Source: Leptogorgia sarmentosa
Lineage: Eukaryota
Direction of reading: 5' to 3'
DNA: 64,000 nt
NCBI GenBank assembly: GCA_964658305.1
Contig: OZ210884.1
Location: 806,001-870,000 of the forward strand
Shown here: in pieces, positions 52,101-64,000 of the stretch
How the letters are laid out: every line of letters starts with the position of its first letter
How positions within the stretch are numbered: position 1 is the stretch's first letter
Notes under the pieces: model-generated
The model's input: only the letters and a program-made list of their open reading frames with translations
Databases searched by the model: none
What the model was told of the DNA's origin: nothing
Program-made: the position numbers and the translations under genes

Positions 52101-55100
52101 CGTGTATATCCTAAAAAGTATCTTAATGGTCGTAAAATGAAGAAACGAAATTGAAATCAGTGGGAGAAAAGAAGGGCAACGTGTTTTTATTGTTTTTATC
52201 CTACAGCACTTATGAAACGCGACAGAAAAAGGTTAAGATTCTGATAACTATGATCGATTGGAAAGGATATTAACTTGAGAACATGGGCACTGCATGTATA
52301 TACAATAGCGAGTACTCACGTCTATGACTACATCTAGGCCATCGAAATTACATGTAAGTATTGCATTGGCTACAGCCTCTCGCACAGTGCGATAATTCTC
52401 ATGAACTATGAAGACATCTGGACTCTTATCTTGATCCTAAATAAATTCAATAAAAAGTTATAATATATAAAAACGATATAGAAAACATAAAACTTAATAT
52501 AAAACTTAATATTACGTATATATTGAAAGCGGAACACGCATGAATTAAATATGTATCTGTTGGAATTATTTTCCATCATACTGTAATTGATGCGAACTTG
52601 AAATTTTTGAGCCTCTAGGATTTCATATTTTGTGTGCAGTAAAAGCAATTGAAAGTAAAACAGGTTGAAAATACTGTCGTGCAAAAACGATTTTGTGCAT
52701 ATATGTAATTACTTATGCATGTTCCAATAAAAGACCTATAATGTTCTTATCTCATGCTTTTTATGTATATATATATGTTATTTACCAGCTGGAGGTCCGT
52801 ACTGGAAAATATTTTGTCGAGGTCTCAAAAACGACAAAAATGGTAAATAACTTATTTGTTTTTTTCTGCTCGAAGCTATAATAAAACTCATAAGAAATTC
52901 CAGTGTTGCGAACTAGATTTGAGATCAGTTGTGTTTGTTTACTTTGCTACTCTATCGCAAGTATGGCTGCTAAACAGCCAAGACGAAGTGAGAAAAAACC
53001 CTTCAATATTGACGCATTTGGTTCAATATTGACGCTTTCCCACTCAACATTACTACGAAAAAGGTAAACTTATTAAAATTATTTATTTTCCCGTTCGTTT
53101 CACGATACAAACATGGTTAAAATACGCTTTAGACACCGAAATATTTCGCCGAGAATGTTTTGTTTTGTTCATTCTGATGAGACTTTGTTGATACTTATGA
53201 GTTTTTTTCGCTGTAATTACCCCCTAAAATATCCCTTAGCATAATAAAATGAACTTTCATGTATTCCTTATCGCCTAAATTCGTTTTGAATGTTTCAAAA
53301 AGCGGCCATTTAATTTTAAAAACAAAAACACTGACTATATTTGTATCTACGAGAGTGCGAGCGGTCCGTACAGTAGGATACGGACCGCTCGGCAACCAAT
53401 CAGAAAGCTCTATTTAGGTTACGGACCGGAGTTACGGACCGGAAAAAAATAAATAAGGTTATTCTCTCACGTCCGTTTACCACCAAGCGATTTTTTACCT
53501 CTGCCTGTGGTGGCATAATCCACTTCAGTTCTTTTCTTTTACATCTTTCTTGAACAGCACCGAGCCCATTGGGATCATGGCGAACTAACTGCTTCAATAA
53601 AAACAGCTGGATAGTAGATCGATTTGGATCATTACACATATACTTTGCTGCTTCAAGGCACTTTGAAAAACCGTCTAAACGTTTGAAGTTGTCAACAAAA
53701 TCATCGCCTAAGTATGTAGAAAGGACATCCAATGCGGCTCTTATTCCAGCGATATCTTCAAGACAATTGATATCCAAAACGTTCAGCGATTGTGATGGTG
53801 TCAAGCGATTAGTCCTTAGAGTTCTTTCCAGTATGCTGCATGTTGTCAAGATTTGTACGTTTTCTCCACCCTCTTTCGCTTTTAGCAACTTCACTGTCTC
53901 CACGTCCTTATTTTAAAAAAATAACGTGTTAAAAACAGCGTAAAAAAATATAATTGCATGTATAGAAAATGGCGCCTATATATTCATGCACCAAGCATCA
54001 ATCACATCAGCAACATGTTCTCAGTTGAAATTCCAATACGACACATCAGCTCATCCAAATTATTCTACATGAGTCTTAACTGATTTTACTGTAATTACCC
54101 TCAGCCTAATAATTTTCAAAGCGAAACTCCCGAGTATTTAATTAGGAAATTATTAGGATAAAAAATAAGACGGTTTGCGATGTACAGATTCATAAGGAAA
54201 ATATACAGAAATGAGCGGTATTTTTGTCAAACATGCATGCACAATTGACAATTCCCCTTACTGGTATTTGGGACCGCGTTGCATTGTGGTTTCAGTGGTG
54301 CAATTCGTCAGTCTTAATGCATATTTAGTTCGAAAATGAAATCACAAAATTTTTCTATGCTCATCGGAAAGGTATTTGTGAGAGAGATTGTATTTTATTA
54401 AAAGAGATTTCAATGCCAAATCATTTTCAAATTAGAGTACTTTCATTTACAATGCGTTATTGATTTAAACAAACAGCGTTGAATTAATTTTTCATGCCTA
54501 TGCAATAATCTGTAAACTTGAAACGAAGCATCTTAACATAATTTAATGATACCAACAAACTTGAAGTATGACCGTATAATATACATTGTTAAAAATAGAA
54601 TTTACTCGAATACCTCCATACACTGCACGCACAATACGTAAACTTCGATCAAATGTTCTCTTTGCTCTGCCAACTCGCTTGCACGACGAAAATATTCTTG
54701 TAAATGACCATGTACCTCCTTTTTTCTGAAAAGATAGAAGTATAAAAAAATCCTATACATTATTTAAGAAATAGAAAACATTTTCCGTGTTTCTATTTAA
54801 GAAATAGATAACGAGTCGCGTGCCATTATGCTGTTATAATGCACGAGGGAAATGTTGGGAGAAGGGAAATGTACGAGAGAATCGCGTAAAACACGAGGCG
54901 TAGCCGAGTGTTTTACGCGATTCTCGAGTATTCTCACAACATTGCCCGAGTGCAATTATAACAGCATAATGGCACGCGACGTAATATAAGAGAATATTAG
55001 CGCAACAAATAACTTCGTTAGGAAGATCAAAATTACAATTCTCTTTACATGTAATCAAGCGTGTTCTCAAATGTTGCCAAGCAGCAACACAGCTTTATTC

Positions 55101-58100
55101 CTTTAGCTGAGCGAAAGCAAACAATTCAAGCGTTTTTTATGGATGTATTTTTAGTATATATGTATTTTTATTGTCTTTTTGTCAAACCAAAGAGTCGCGG
55201 GAGAAATTTAATAGCTAGATGCGTGCATTACGCTGTTATAATGCACGCTCATTAGCCAATCACGTTGCAGATTTTACCCTACTTATATTATAAAGAGTTA
55301 TAGAAACACGCGTGGAAGTTTGGGAGAAACGAGAAATTCCGTGGGAACACGAGCACGAAGTGCGAGTGTTTCCACACAATTTCGAGTTTCTCCCAAACTT
55401 ACACAAGTGTTTCTATAACTTATAGGAACACGGAAAAAATGTTTTCTATTTCCTTTATTAAATAGTCTTTTAAAAACAATACAAAAGATAAATTTATTGA
55501 TTTTAATGGCATCCATTCAAAGATTCATTTGGTTTTTTAATTTCCCGCGCAATCCACGCAACCCGCGTGAAAATCCTCGTGTTTCTATAGTGTTATAGAA
55601 ACACGGGTTTTTTGAGCTCTCGACCAATCAACGCCCGTGTTTTTAAAAGGCTATTTTATAAAGCTAGCTAATTCAAGTGTAATAATTGAATCTGGAAATG
55701 CGTGAATACAATATTAATATAATATACATATATGAACTATTATTCGACGGTGATTGACTCATTTCAATCCATTTAATCCCAAATCGCAGTGCAATCTGTC
55801 CGTAATATTAAATCACAGCGCAAAATTTGCAGTGAAAGTGCAAAAATCTGTAATTACAGTGCAAAACTTTGGCTGCGCTGCGTAAAGTATAGAAATATAT
55901 ATAGGCTTTTATCTTTTTGTTAAAATGCATGGAAAAGAAAGAAAACTAACAAAATCTATATGGTTGCGTGAATTTTTCAAACCATTAACGTTGTTAAATG
56001 TGAAATGACTAAGCAACATCCGGTGAATTTTAGCTGCGACTTGTAAGTTAAAATTATGGAGTAACAGTTATGGGTCATGAGTCTTTTAAATGACGACATA
56101 TAGTTATAATGACGCAGGTTTGATATTTTGCCAACGACCCCATACTTACGAAAGTTAAGACCCTCGTCGATAATATATATTTAAAATTAGAATAAATTTT
56201 GATGAGACTAGGACACTTCCAGCGATCTGATTACTCGAAAATCCGGTTACGCGATGTCCGCCCGCCACGCGGGGCCATGATTTAAACAATAGTGTACAGT
56301 ACAAAAATTAAAGGGGAAAATTTAGGGTTTAATTTTAGGGCTTAAAAATTTGGCCACTATAATTGTTAGATAACAACATATCCTGCAATTTACTCAAAAA
56401 ATGCATGTTTTAGACCTTACCTTTCTTTTATTGACAGAAGTTTCTGTAAAATATAGGATCTGATAACAGGCGTCACATCAATTCCTTGCCCATCAAACGG
56501 TGTGAAGTCTTCAGTTCTTTTTTCATCCTTGATGACGTAGCTTATAAACTTTTGAACAAGGTCAGAATTCGGCAACTGCTCCCCGAAGCAATACAGCGAG
56601 ACAAGCTCCATGAAAAATGACTTGCAGCGGTTACGGAAATTGTTGTGAACCTCGGGAGCATGTCTTTAAAATAAAATTGAAAACTTATTGAAATTGAAAA
56701 CTGAAAGGATGTACGCCTAACGAAATAAGCAAAATAAATTTTCTACCGCGGTCCAACTAATTTCATAAGAATGCAACCTTCCTGTAGTTCCAGTTCGGCT
56801 CCCTCCATACAGTAAAAATCAAAACAATTTTACATATGTTGCTTCGAAACTTAATCATAAAAGGGTTTGCGAAACAACCATAGATTCCTTCCGAGAGAAT
56901 CTCATTCGACTTGCAGAAAATATTGACACAATTGGGAAGTTTTAAATTATTTCCTATCTATTTCTCTTTGCTTACTGGTGCTACAATAATTTCCTGATAA
57001 ACAATTTTACGTTGAACAATAAATACGTACCTGCTTAATTCATCACTGCAACTCTTTAAAAATCTTTCAATTGCCCCCATAGTTTGGACAGTTGAAAAGT
57101 CCGGATTTTCACCCAAAGCCTGCAATAATTAGGGCATACATTCATGAACATTACAAGCACGTTGGTTGTACATTTTACCTTCTCTGATGCCACTCCCATT
57201 GATGATAAGTTAAAAATAAAATAAAATTGAATCACGGGGTGGTGCACACCGTGCATTATAACATAATTACTATAAATTATCCCTCCATTAAACGTTCACC
57301 TCTATTGAGCGGCCACGGCCACCAAGAGAGCGGTCCCAAATTATGTTTTTTTTAATCAATTTTTACTTCTTCTATTAAGCGGCTAGCATGCGTGATTCAC
57401 TTGGTGCAACACCTTTTCTAGAGAACCGCAAATAACAATCATGCTGGTGATGCTTAGTAGGACAGTTTAATTTATGTTTTAACACTTGCAAATATGTATA
57501 GTCTATATCGGCTAGATGTCTAGATCCAGGTCTATTTTCTTCCCCTTTGCGCGTACAATTGCCGCAGCAAGTGACCACACCCAGGGTCTTTTTAGCGTGT
57601 ACCTCTAGCGGCCACCTCTATTTTAAAATCTTAAAAGCGGCGACAAAGTCGATTCCCGAGAGTGGCCGCTTAATGGAGGTTCGACTGTACATGCAACCGA
57701 CACATTGATATTGCTACAATCTATACTTACAACTTAAAACAACAGATAAGGACTATAATACTAATGGAAATTTTCCAGAAACACTTCCGCCTACATGCAC
57801 AACACAGAAATTCCATCATCCCCAATGTTATCTATAGTTATTTCGAAAGACCTGAAATATGTTTCGAATGAAAAAAGGTTTTACCTTCCATAGGAGAAAA
57901 CCATTCTGTGCATCAGCTGGATGGGTTGATTGTCCGGGTGGGCATGTGTGTTCAATAAACATGCGTACAACATCCAAACGAATCCACATGGCTCTGAAAA
58001 AGACAATGGTCATACGAGTGCCTTAGGTGTAGTTTTAGCCTAATTTAGTAGCTATATATGCTGTAGGTTAGGTTTACTGCAAAGTACACAACCAGGATAA

Positions 58101-61100
58101 AATCATTTTAATGATAATTCCAATATTATTTTTGCGTCTGTCAAACATGACTATGGCTAACCTTGGTTGTGACATTTAATTACTCTACTGGGTAGAAAGA
58201 GCTGAAAAAGCTCAAGTAATTTCAAGGCCTTAAACTTAAGCAATTTTTCTAACACTTAGAGCAGCAATACAAAACCCAAAAACCAAAAACCCAAAATTTC
58301 TGCACATCAACTAAAAAATACACTTTACAGCACACACCTGCAGTTTTGTAAAATATGTACGGATCGATCACCCAAAAGTTGAGCATGAAGTCTTGCCCCA
58401 CTGTTAGTATTTTCTGTCTGTTGTTGCGACGATTGGGAAATCATAACTTCTATGATAGGACGGATACGTTGAACTTGGTTACACCACATCCATCGACATC
58501 GACTTTTTTCCATATCTTCAGGCTTTGGCTCCAATTGCTGCAAACAACACTCAAGGGCTACCACATCCAGAATCTGAAAGTATTTATTATTAATGAATTG
58601 TTGACTTGCACCATTATTGTCGGGAAAAAAACACTGACACCAATTGCAAAGCTTTTACTCAAGATCACGAGATTTGAACCTGCCATTTAAGCAGGCTGCT
58701 ATAGATATGATATGCGCAGCAACGGAACAGTAACTGACCATGCATGACATTTGGATATCGCGATCGGTTGCCAAAAAATACTAAATTACAATTTACTTAT
58801 ATTCACAGAAAATATTTTTAGCCCCCTATATAAACATTGTTTTGACTTTGGTATATTTTATTTCGAGAAGTATATCTAACTAACCATTTCTCCAACATCC
58901 AAACGATCACGTAATGCTGAAAGTTCCACGACGAGATTAGGAAAGGCATGAACTAGTTCAGAAAACTTTCCCAGACGAGCTTCAACAAAGGAGTACGAAT
59001 AATGAATGAGAGGAATATCCAATTTAAATTCTTTATTTTCACACAATAACTGATGTATTCTTCCCCCAGCAACAAGCACAGCATCGCATATCAACTGAAA
59101 AGGAAATACAGGATAGGTTAAGTTTAAATAAAAGTATAAGTATAGGCATGATGAACTCTCATACACATGTTTTCGAAAGTCAAACCTCACGTGCTAAGTA
59201 AGAATGCTAGCCAAATTTTTAAGTAGTACGTCCTAAACACCAAGGCGAAATAATCAGAGAGAAGGACAAACTTGTATTGTCAACGAACAGTGCAATGAAA
59301 ACCATACAACTGTTAGGTGTGCGATACAGGGCATGTCAGCTAGCTAGACAAGCTAGGACGTATTTTAAAATTTTGACAATATCGATCACCCTCCCTCCCC
59401 CTGATACAATGTTGGTATTTAGGTAATATGCAGTTGAACCAACATTGTTATGGGGGTAGTGGGGGTCACTAAGGACGAATTTCAGAATAAATAACTGCAG
59501 TTGAGCCAACATTGCGAATTGGGGGGGGGGGGGGGGGGGGCGCTAAGGGCGAATTTCAGAATAAATAACTGCACATATTTCAGAAAATTCTACTTGTTGA
59601 CGTTGTTTTCGGAAAGTCTACGAATACTGTTTCCAAGATTGTACATCAACGTGACTCTCAAGAGGAACAAGATAAAAACTGGAGCACACATTTGAAGAAT
59701 TAGGGTTTCTGTGTTGTGTTTCCTTTGTATGACATTTGTCTTGTTGCTGGTTAAACATTTGTAAAAACGTTTCTTGTTAGTTACAAGAATTTCATCTGAA
59801 TGGGTAACTTTTTGAATTTTATTGGCAACTTTTTTGTATTTCGGACAACTTTTAAGCAACTTTTATGCTTTTTGGCGAGCAAATTTCCAGTTTTAACGAG
59901 CAACTTTTTGGGTTTTCACGAGCACAATCATGCCTAGTTTGACACACTCTCTACCGAATGTGGGGCCCTAACTTCGTGATGCTATACATTTAGGCCGTTG
60001 AATTCAACTTGCGGAAAATGTTCATATAACCAGGTGGCGTTGGCAAAAATACTAGTAATATTTTTCCCGTTCATACCAACATTTTCTCTACATAAACTTC
60101 TCTCGCTAATTTTTGTCTCGAAATGCTTAGTACGAACAACTTTTTTAATTTCATAATTTAAATAAGTCATAACGTTTACCTGTAATTCACCCTCCACCAT
60201 AGGTTTGTACATCATATGTAGGAAATCATTCAAGTAGTTCATCGCTGCTTCGTCTTTGATACTTTCATCCTCAAATACAGGCCTCAGTAGGTTTCCAAGT
60301 GGTGATGAATGGAATACACCTCTCAATGAAACCAATTTTCCGGAATGATCAGGTACGCCTTGAAAAAATTAGTGAAGAATGAATCAATTTCGAGTGAATG
60401 ACGTTCACTTAGAGAAACCTAAACATGACTCTAATCCTTTTTTCATCGGGGAGCTTCAAAATGAAACGCCTTGCCAAGTATTTCATCGATGTCTTATTTA
60501 AATAATGAGTAATTAAAATGCTCTTTATACAGGGCGTCTCAAAAAAAGGCTAGTCTTTGAAATTCAAATTATTCATAATCATAGTCATCCGATTGTTCTG
60601 AACTGCATAGAGTTAATGATACGTCCCAGAAACGTGTTTTATTTATAAAAGAAATTTCCCATAGCCTTTTGTTTTAAAGCACGCTAAATGACTCGAAGCA
60701 ATTTGCTTGTCAGATGAATTTCAATAGAATATGACTGGTTTGAATTTGAAAGATCAGCCTTTTTTTTGAGACACCCTGTAGTATATTTTCAATATCATTT
60801 TTGTCAATTTTCTTGGCGCTGATTGGCTGAAAACGATTGAGAACTGTGCTAATTAATGATTAATTACACAGGTGTAACGCTGAAGTTCTCGATTTTCCGT
60901 CTTTCATTTTCAATTTTTGACATAGGAAGTGTGCTCAATTGTTTACGGAATTTGTACTACAATTATATTAATGCGAAATTACATTTGTTCCTGTTGGCCG
61001 AACACGCATGCAATTTATGTATTAATGAATACTTGTGGAACCGTGTAATTTCCTATACTAAGTATTTCTTTGCAAGCACGGGACATTTCATCCGAATGAC

Positions 61101-64000
61101 GAGCAATTAAACCACTTGCGCATGATTTTTCTCACTATCTGATTGGTTGTAGCAAGAAGGATGAAATTGGATGGTAATACATCGAGACTTAAAATGTCTT
61201 CAAATGGATAAGCTAAGCGAGTAGAAGTATATATTTATTTTACACGTTTATATTACAGCGAACATATACAGGGTGTCCCAAAAAAGTCCCCTCTATAGAA
61301 ATCACTCTTTTGTTGTTAATCTCGGGTTATTGCACCTCTGGAAATTTAAATTGGCTTCTGACGAACAGCAACAAAAGCGCGTGCTGTTATAATTTATAAA
61401 TACTTCTGTCGTTATATTCTCAAAGGTATAACAATGAACATTTAACAAAAGAGAGCGGATTTCTATAGAGGGGACTCCTTTTGGGGACATCCTGTACGGG
61501 GGGTGTCCCCCAAAATAGAGACCTGTATAGAATTAAATCACTATTTTGTTGTTAATCTTGGGTTACTATACCTCTGGAAATTTAAATTAGCTTCTGACGA
61601 ACAGCAACAAAAACACGTGCTGTTATAAATACTTCTGTCGTTCATGAGCCATTCAATTATATTCTCAAAGGCATAACAAGCCACGTTTGACAACAAAAGA
61701 GCTGATTTCTATAGAGGTCACTTTTTTTGGACACCCTGTATGAGTTATATTTTCAATCGAAAATAAGCAGCCATTATTATACAATCCATTTTGTTTCATT
61801 TGTCGAACTGATTGAGAAATATATACTCACTTCTGGCTTCTTTAAGAATAGCGTCCACCATATGTTTAATAACCCATGAGAAGGGAAATTTTCCGTCAAA
61901 ACGATCTCCAGTACTCAAAACACGAGCTCGTTCCCTTAGACGACCCGATACAGGAGAAATAAAAGAATCGTAAGCTAAAGGAGTGATTACTTCGTCATTA
62001 ATCATTGTCAGCCATAATCTTGTTTTCCATTGCTTTCCTTCACAAAGTAAACTCAGGTTCTGATTTTGATCACAGTAAGCAATCACTTCAGATAACATTG
62101 GAGAGACAATCGACGATATTTTCTGCCATAACGCTTTTCTAAAAGTTCCAGTTTCCTGAAGATGTCCTTGACGCAGGGCTTCGTGTTGTACCCACAGTCG
62201 CTGATCCTCTGGGCATCTTTCATCTCGCTCCAGAAGTAATTTGTAAATACGAGCGGCAAGAATTGCAGAAAGCTCTGAAAAGCAAATAAAAGTAATTTAT
62301 GATAGGAACGTTGGAGTTACATAAAGGATTTTGGCCACTGACCAGGAAACGTCAAATTTTACGCGCGATTAAAATATCTTATGAACACATGGAACTAGAT
62401 GGTATTTTTCACATGTTCTAACAAGATGACAGTCAGCCACGAAATAAATTTACGTCACCAATCACAACGCTATTTTACAGGGCGTATAAAAAAAGGTAAT
62501 GCAATTTTAACCGAAGTGTTGTTTTGCGGTGAATTGTAAGCTCCTACGTCTTCAACGTTCCTGAAAGAGTCACCAGCTGTTTTAAACTCCTGGTTTCGCA
62601 AAAAGTTCTGTCCTTCTCTCATTTCAACCATGTTTTCGTTGGCGTTTAGCTCACAAACAACTTGTTAACAGGGCCGTACTCGTTTCAGAATTCATTTATT
62701 GTATTTCCCATTGGGATTTACTTTCAATGTTTTGCTCCCAATTCCTAACCGTAGAAAAATGCACTCTCGACTGCCAGTTTTTATTCTATTCGTGCGAAGT
62801 CATATCCTCACATAACAGGGAAAAACTATAGTTCAGTAAAAGCTAAAGGCTTAAATTTTATTGCTATCAAAAATTTTCATCGATAAAAATCGTATCTAGC
62901 GCGCAATAACACACCAAAATTGCATGACTTTTTTTTATACACCCTTTTTTTATACAATTGAGAATAATGTCAAAAATATTTAGCAGCCATTTTTTATTTT
63001 TGTTCCAAATTGTTTCGTATAAACAAATATGAAATAAGAATGAATATTTTTAAGAATATGAATATTTTATTTTTTTCCATTGCCAAACGGTAATATCCAC
63101 CCAATTGTTTTACAATTGTAGATTGTGTAAATTAGCACGTGAAACCAGTAAATTGCTAACTATATAAGATTAAATCATAACAACCGCTTTTCCAACCTGT
63201 TTCTTGCGAGTCATCTTCGGGCAACCATTCGAGCAATATTTCAATACGTTTTGTGGCCCTATTGACATCACCTGACTCATCGTAAATTCTTGCTGCGGCC
63301 GCTTGTAAACAGTTTTTCAGCAAAAACGTCGACTTGATTTTTTGCTGATCGATATTTTCTCCATCACAGTCGACCTAGAAAATATAAAAAGAATAACACG
63401 AACATCTTAAAGTGATGGGGCGATGAAAGAGGCGGCCTTCCCATTCGCCCGCTTTTTATTTAACATCATGGCATTTCATATAAATATATATTATCTTATC
63501 TAGCAAGAAAAATTGAGAAGATCCAACATGGCACCCAGTTTTTCACTTAAATATTTAAAAAAAGGATAGTTAAGTAAAAAAAGTGACAATTTCAATAGAT
63601 ATGATTTGTGAGCCATCGTATGTAATTATTTCAACTACACAAGTTCTTATAGAAGATCGTAAACAACGAAGCACTATGGTCACGTATTTTTCAATACAGC
63701 TTAGTGAATACAGAATAGCCAATCAAATTGTGGCAAACGGACAATCTTGAGGGAATATTAAATTCTTATTACAAACTATCATGATTACTAATACTATCTT
63801 TTACCTCTGCGTTTTCCACAGGGGGTTCCTGGCTGCCACTTGGCAAACTAGCATTCTGACTTTCATCAACATCCATTTCTTCAACGTCGTCATTTATTGA
63901 ATGAGTTACTGGCCGGAACAGATCGCTTACTGGACGATTTACAAGCTGTTCAATATGCGGAAGCTGTTCATTCGACTCCAAAAGCTCGTCGATATGAACT
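34133..64000 (-). CDS. RNF213: RNF213/mysterin-like giant E3 ubiquitin ligase, C-terminal E3 module (5' part lies outside the window)
   Basis: 32 in-phase exons: 63805-64000+, 63197-63374, 61831-62274, 60180-60358, 58885-59094, 58338-58573, 57885-57993, 57031-57119, 56421-56663, 54614-54725, 53499-53906, 52320-52436, 52000-52110, 50569-50622, 49272-49466, 48722-48794, 48608-48642, 46740-46837, 45504-45657, 44504-44678, 44204-44298, 42337-42394, 42009-42211, 40957-41089, 40329-40406, 39693-39873, 38973-39177, 38073-38147, 37503-37700, 35845-35934, 34806-34975, 34133-34295 (TAA). Hallmarks: LQETGTFRKALW, KFPFSW, FRNRCKSFFMELVS, DVTPVIRSYILQKLL, AFLPTMPHD, RZ finger CPNAH..ECGKP..CPTCGAPIGG..H, TGHILG. 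Confidence 0.93.
36573..37491. mobile_element. hAT-type MITE (family C) with a nested family-B copy at 36613-36887
   Basis: TIR CAAGGGCGTCAATCC / GGATTGACGCCCTTG; perfect TSD AGCAGTCC. The inner segment matches 42711-43035. Confidence 0.87.
38300..38752. mobile_element. Crypton-like non-autonomous repeat
   Basis: TGATTGG near the left end; palindrome ~38578-38740 centred on CTCGCCTGCGGCTCG. Confidence 0.5.
42479..43278. mobile_element. hAT-type MITE (family A) carrying a nested family-B MITE
   Basis: Same TIR and body as 11619-12103; perfect 8-bp TSD GGGTGGCC. Confidence 0.9.
42711..43035. mobile_element. hAT-type MITE (family B), nested
   Basis: TIR CATAAGCGTACG / CGTACGCCTATG; TSD ATGTTAAG/ATGCTAAG. 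The empty site (single ATGCTAAG) is visible in the family-A copy at ~11833-11840. Confidence 0.88.
43755..43950. mobile_element. Helentron/DINE-like non-autonomous repeat
   Basis: Inverted repeat ACTTCATGTGACCCC / GGGGTCACATGAAGT enclosing a degenerate (CCTAAC)n tract at 43850-43905. Confidence 0.55.
45705..45877. mobile_element. hAT-type MITE
   Basis: TIR CAGTGGCGGCGGAAGATCGATTATT / AATAATCGATCTTCCGCCGCCACTG; degenerate TSD TTTTGAGG/TTTTCGGG. Confidence 0.75.
49869..50349. mobile_element. 481-bp fold-back element (TAG...CTA termini, possibly Academ-like)
   Basis: About 200-bp arms that are near-perfect reverse complements (TAGAATGGGAAATGTGGTTACTGAAAG...CTTTCAGTAACCACATTTCCCATTCTA); TSD unclear. 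Confidence 0.8.
50810..51625 (+). mobile_element. Degenerate Crypton-like element with coding remnants
   Basis: Frameshifted remnants LKNSSKNENT..W and KRNSNEYEPDSLKVILTAVD (~51295-51353), typical of Crypton/DUF3504 proteins. Subterminal palindrome at 51500-51620. Confidence 0.6.
54765..55665. mobile_element. Nested pair of Crypton-like non-autonomous repeats
   Basis: An inner element (~54800-55295, palindrome centred on CACGAGGCGTAGCCGAGTG) interrupts the palindrome of an outer element related to 5447-5790. Confidence 0.55.
60530..60778. mobile_element. Tc1/mariner-type MITE
   Basis: TA|CAGGGCGTCTCAAAAAAAGGCT...AGCCTTTTTTTTGAGACACCCTG|TA. Confidence 0.78.
61269..61738. mobile_element. Tandem dimer of family-T Tc1/mariner MITEs
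   Basis: Copies at 61269-61494 and 61497-61738 share a single TA at 61495-61496. Confidence 0.82.

Overview
AT-rich eukaryotic genomic DNA with spliceosomal GT-AG introns; the gene and repeat content suggests a cnidarian-type invertebrate (inference). I assembled four spliced genes by hand. (1) A two-LIM cysteine/glycine-rich protein (CSRP/MLP family), + strand, 3000-8071. (2) Nuclear poly(A)-binding protein PABPN1, - strand, 8673-11329. (3) A 12-exon, 740-aa secreted mosaic protein: signal peptide, 3 divergent F-type-lectin-like domains, Ig, uromodulin-type D8C and PAN/apple, + strand, 15140-30145. (4) The last 32 exons of an RNF213/mysterin homolog, - strand, 34133 to beyond 64000. This RNF213 reads through in frame with an intact RZ finger but no RING domain, and a possible decayed RING pseudo-exon lies in the intron at that junction. 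Introns and intergenic DNA are dense with non-autonomous transposons (hAT, P-like, Kolobok-like, Tc1/mariner, Harbinger, Crypton-like, Helentron-like), often nested with visible target-site duplications (TSDs). A dead Penelope-like retroelement has its hammerhead ribozyme split by a DNA transposon, and further fold-back hammerhead relics are present. A 42-bp inverted copy of the PABPN1 start region lies 1.2 kb upstream of the gene. No CRISPR array, rRNA or intact tRNA was seen. Family assignments come from motif recognition only; no database search was run.
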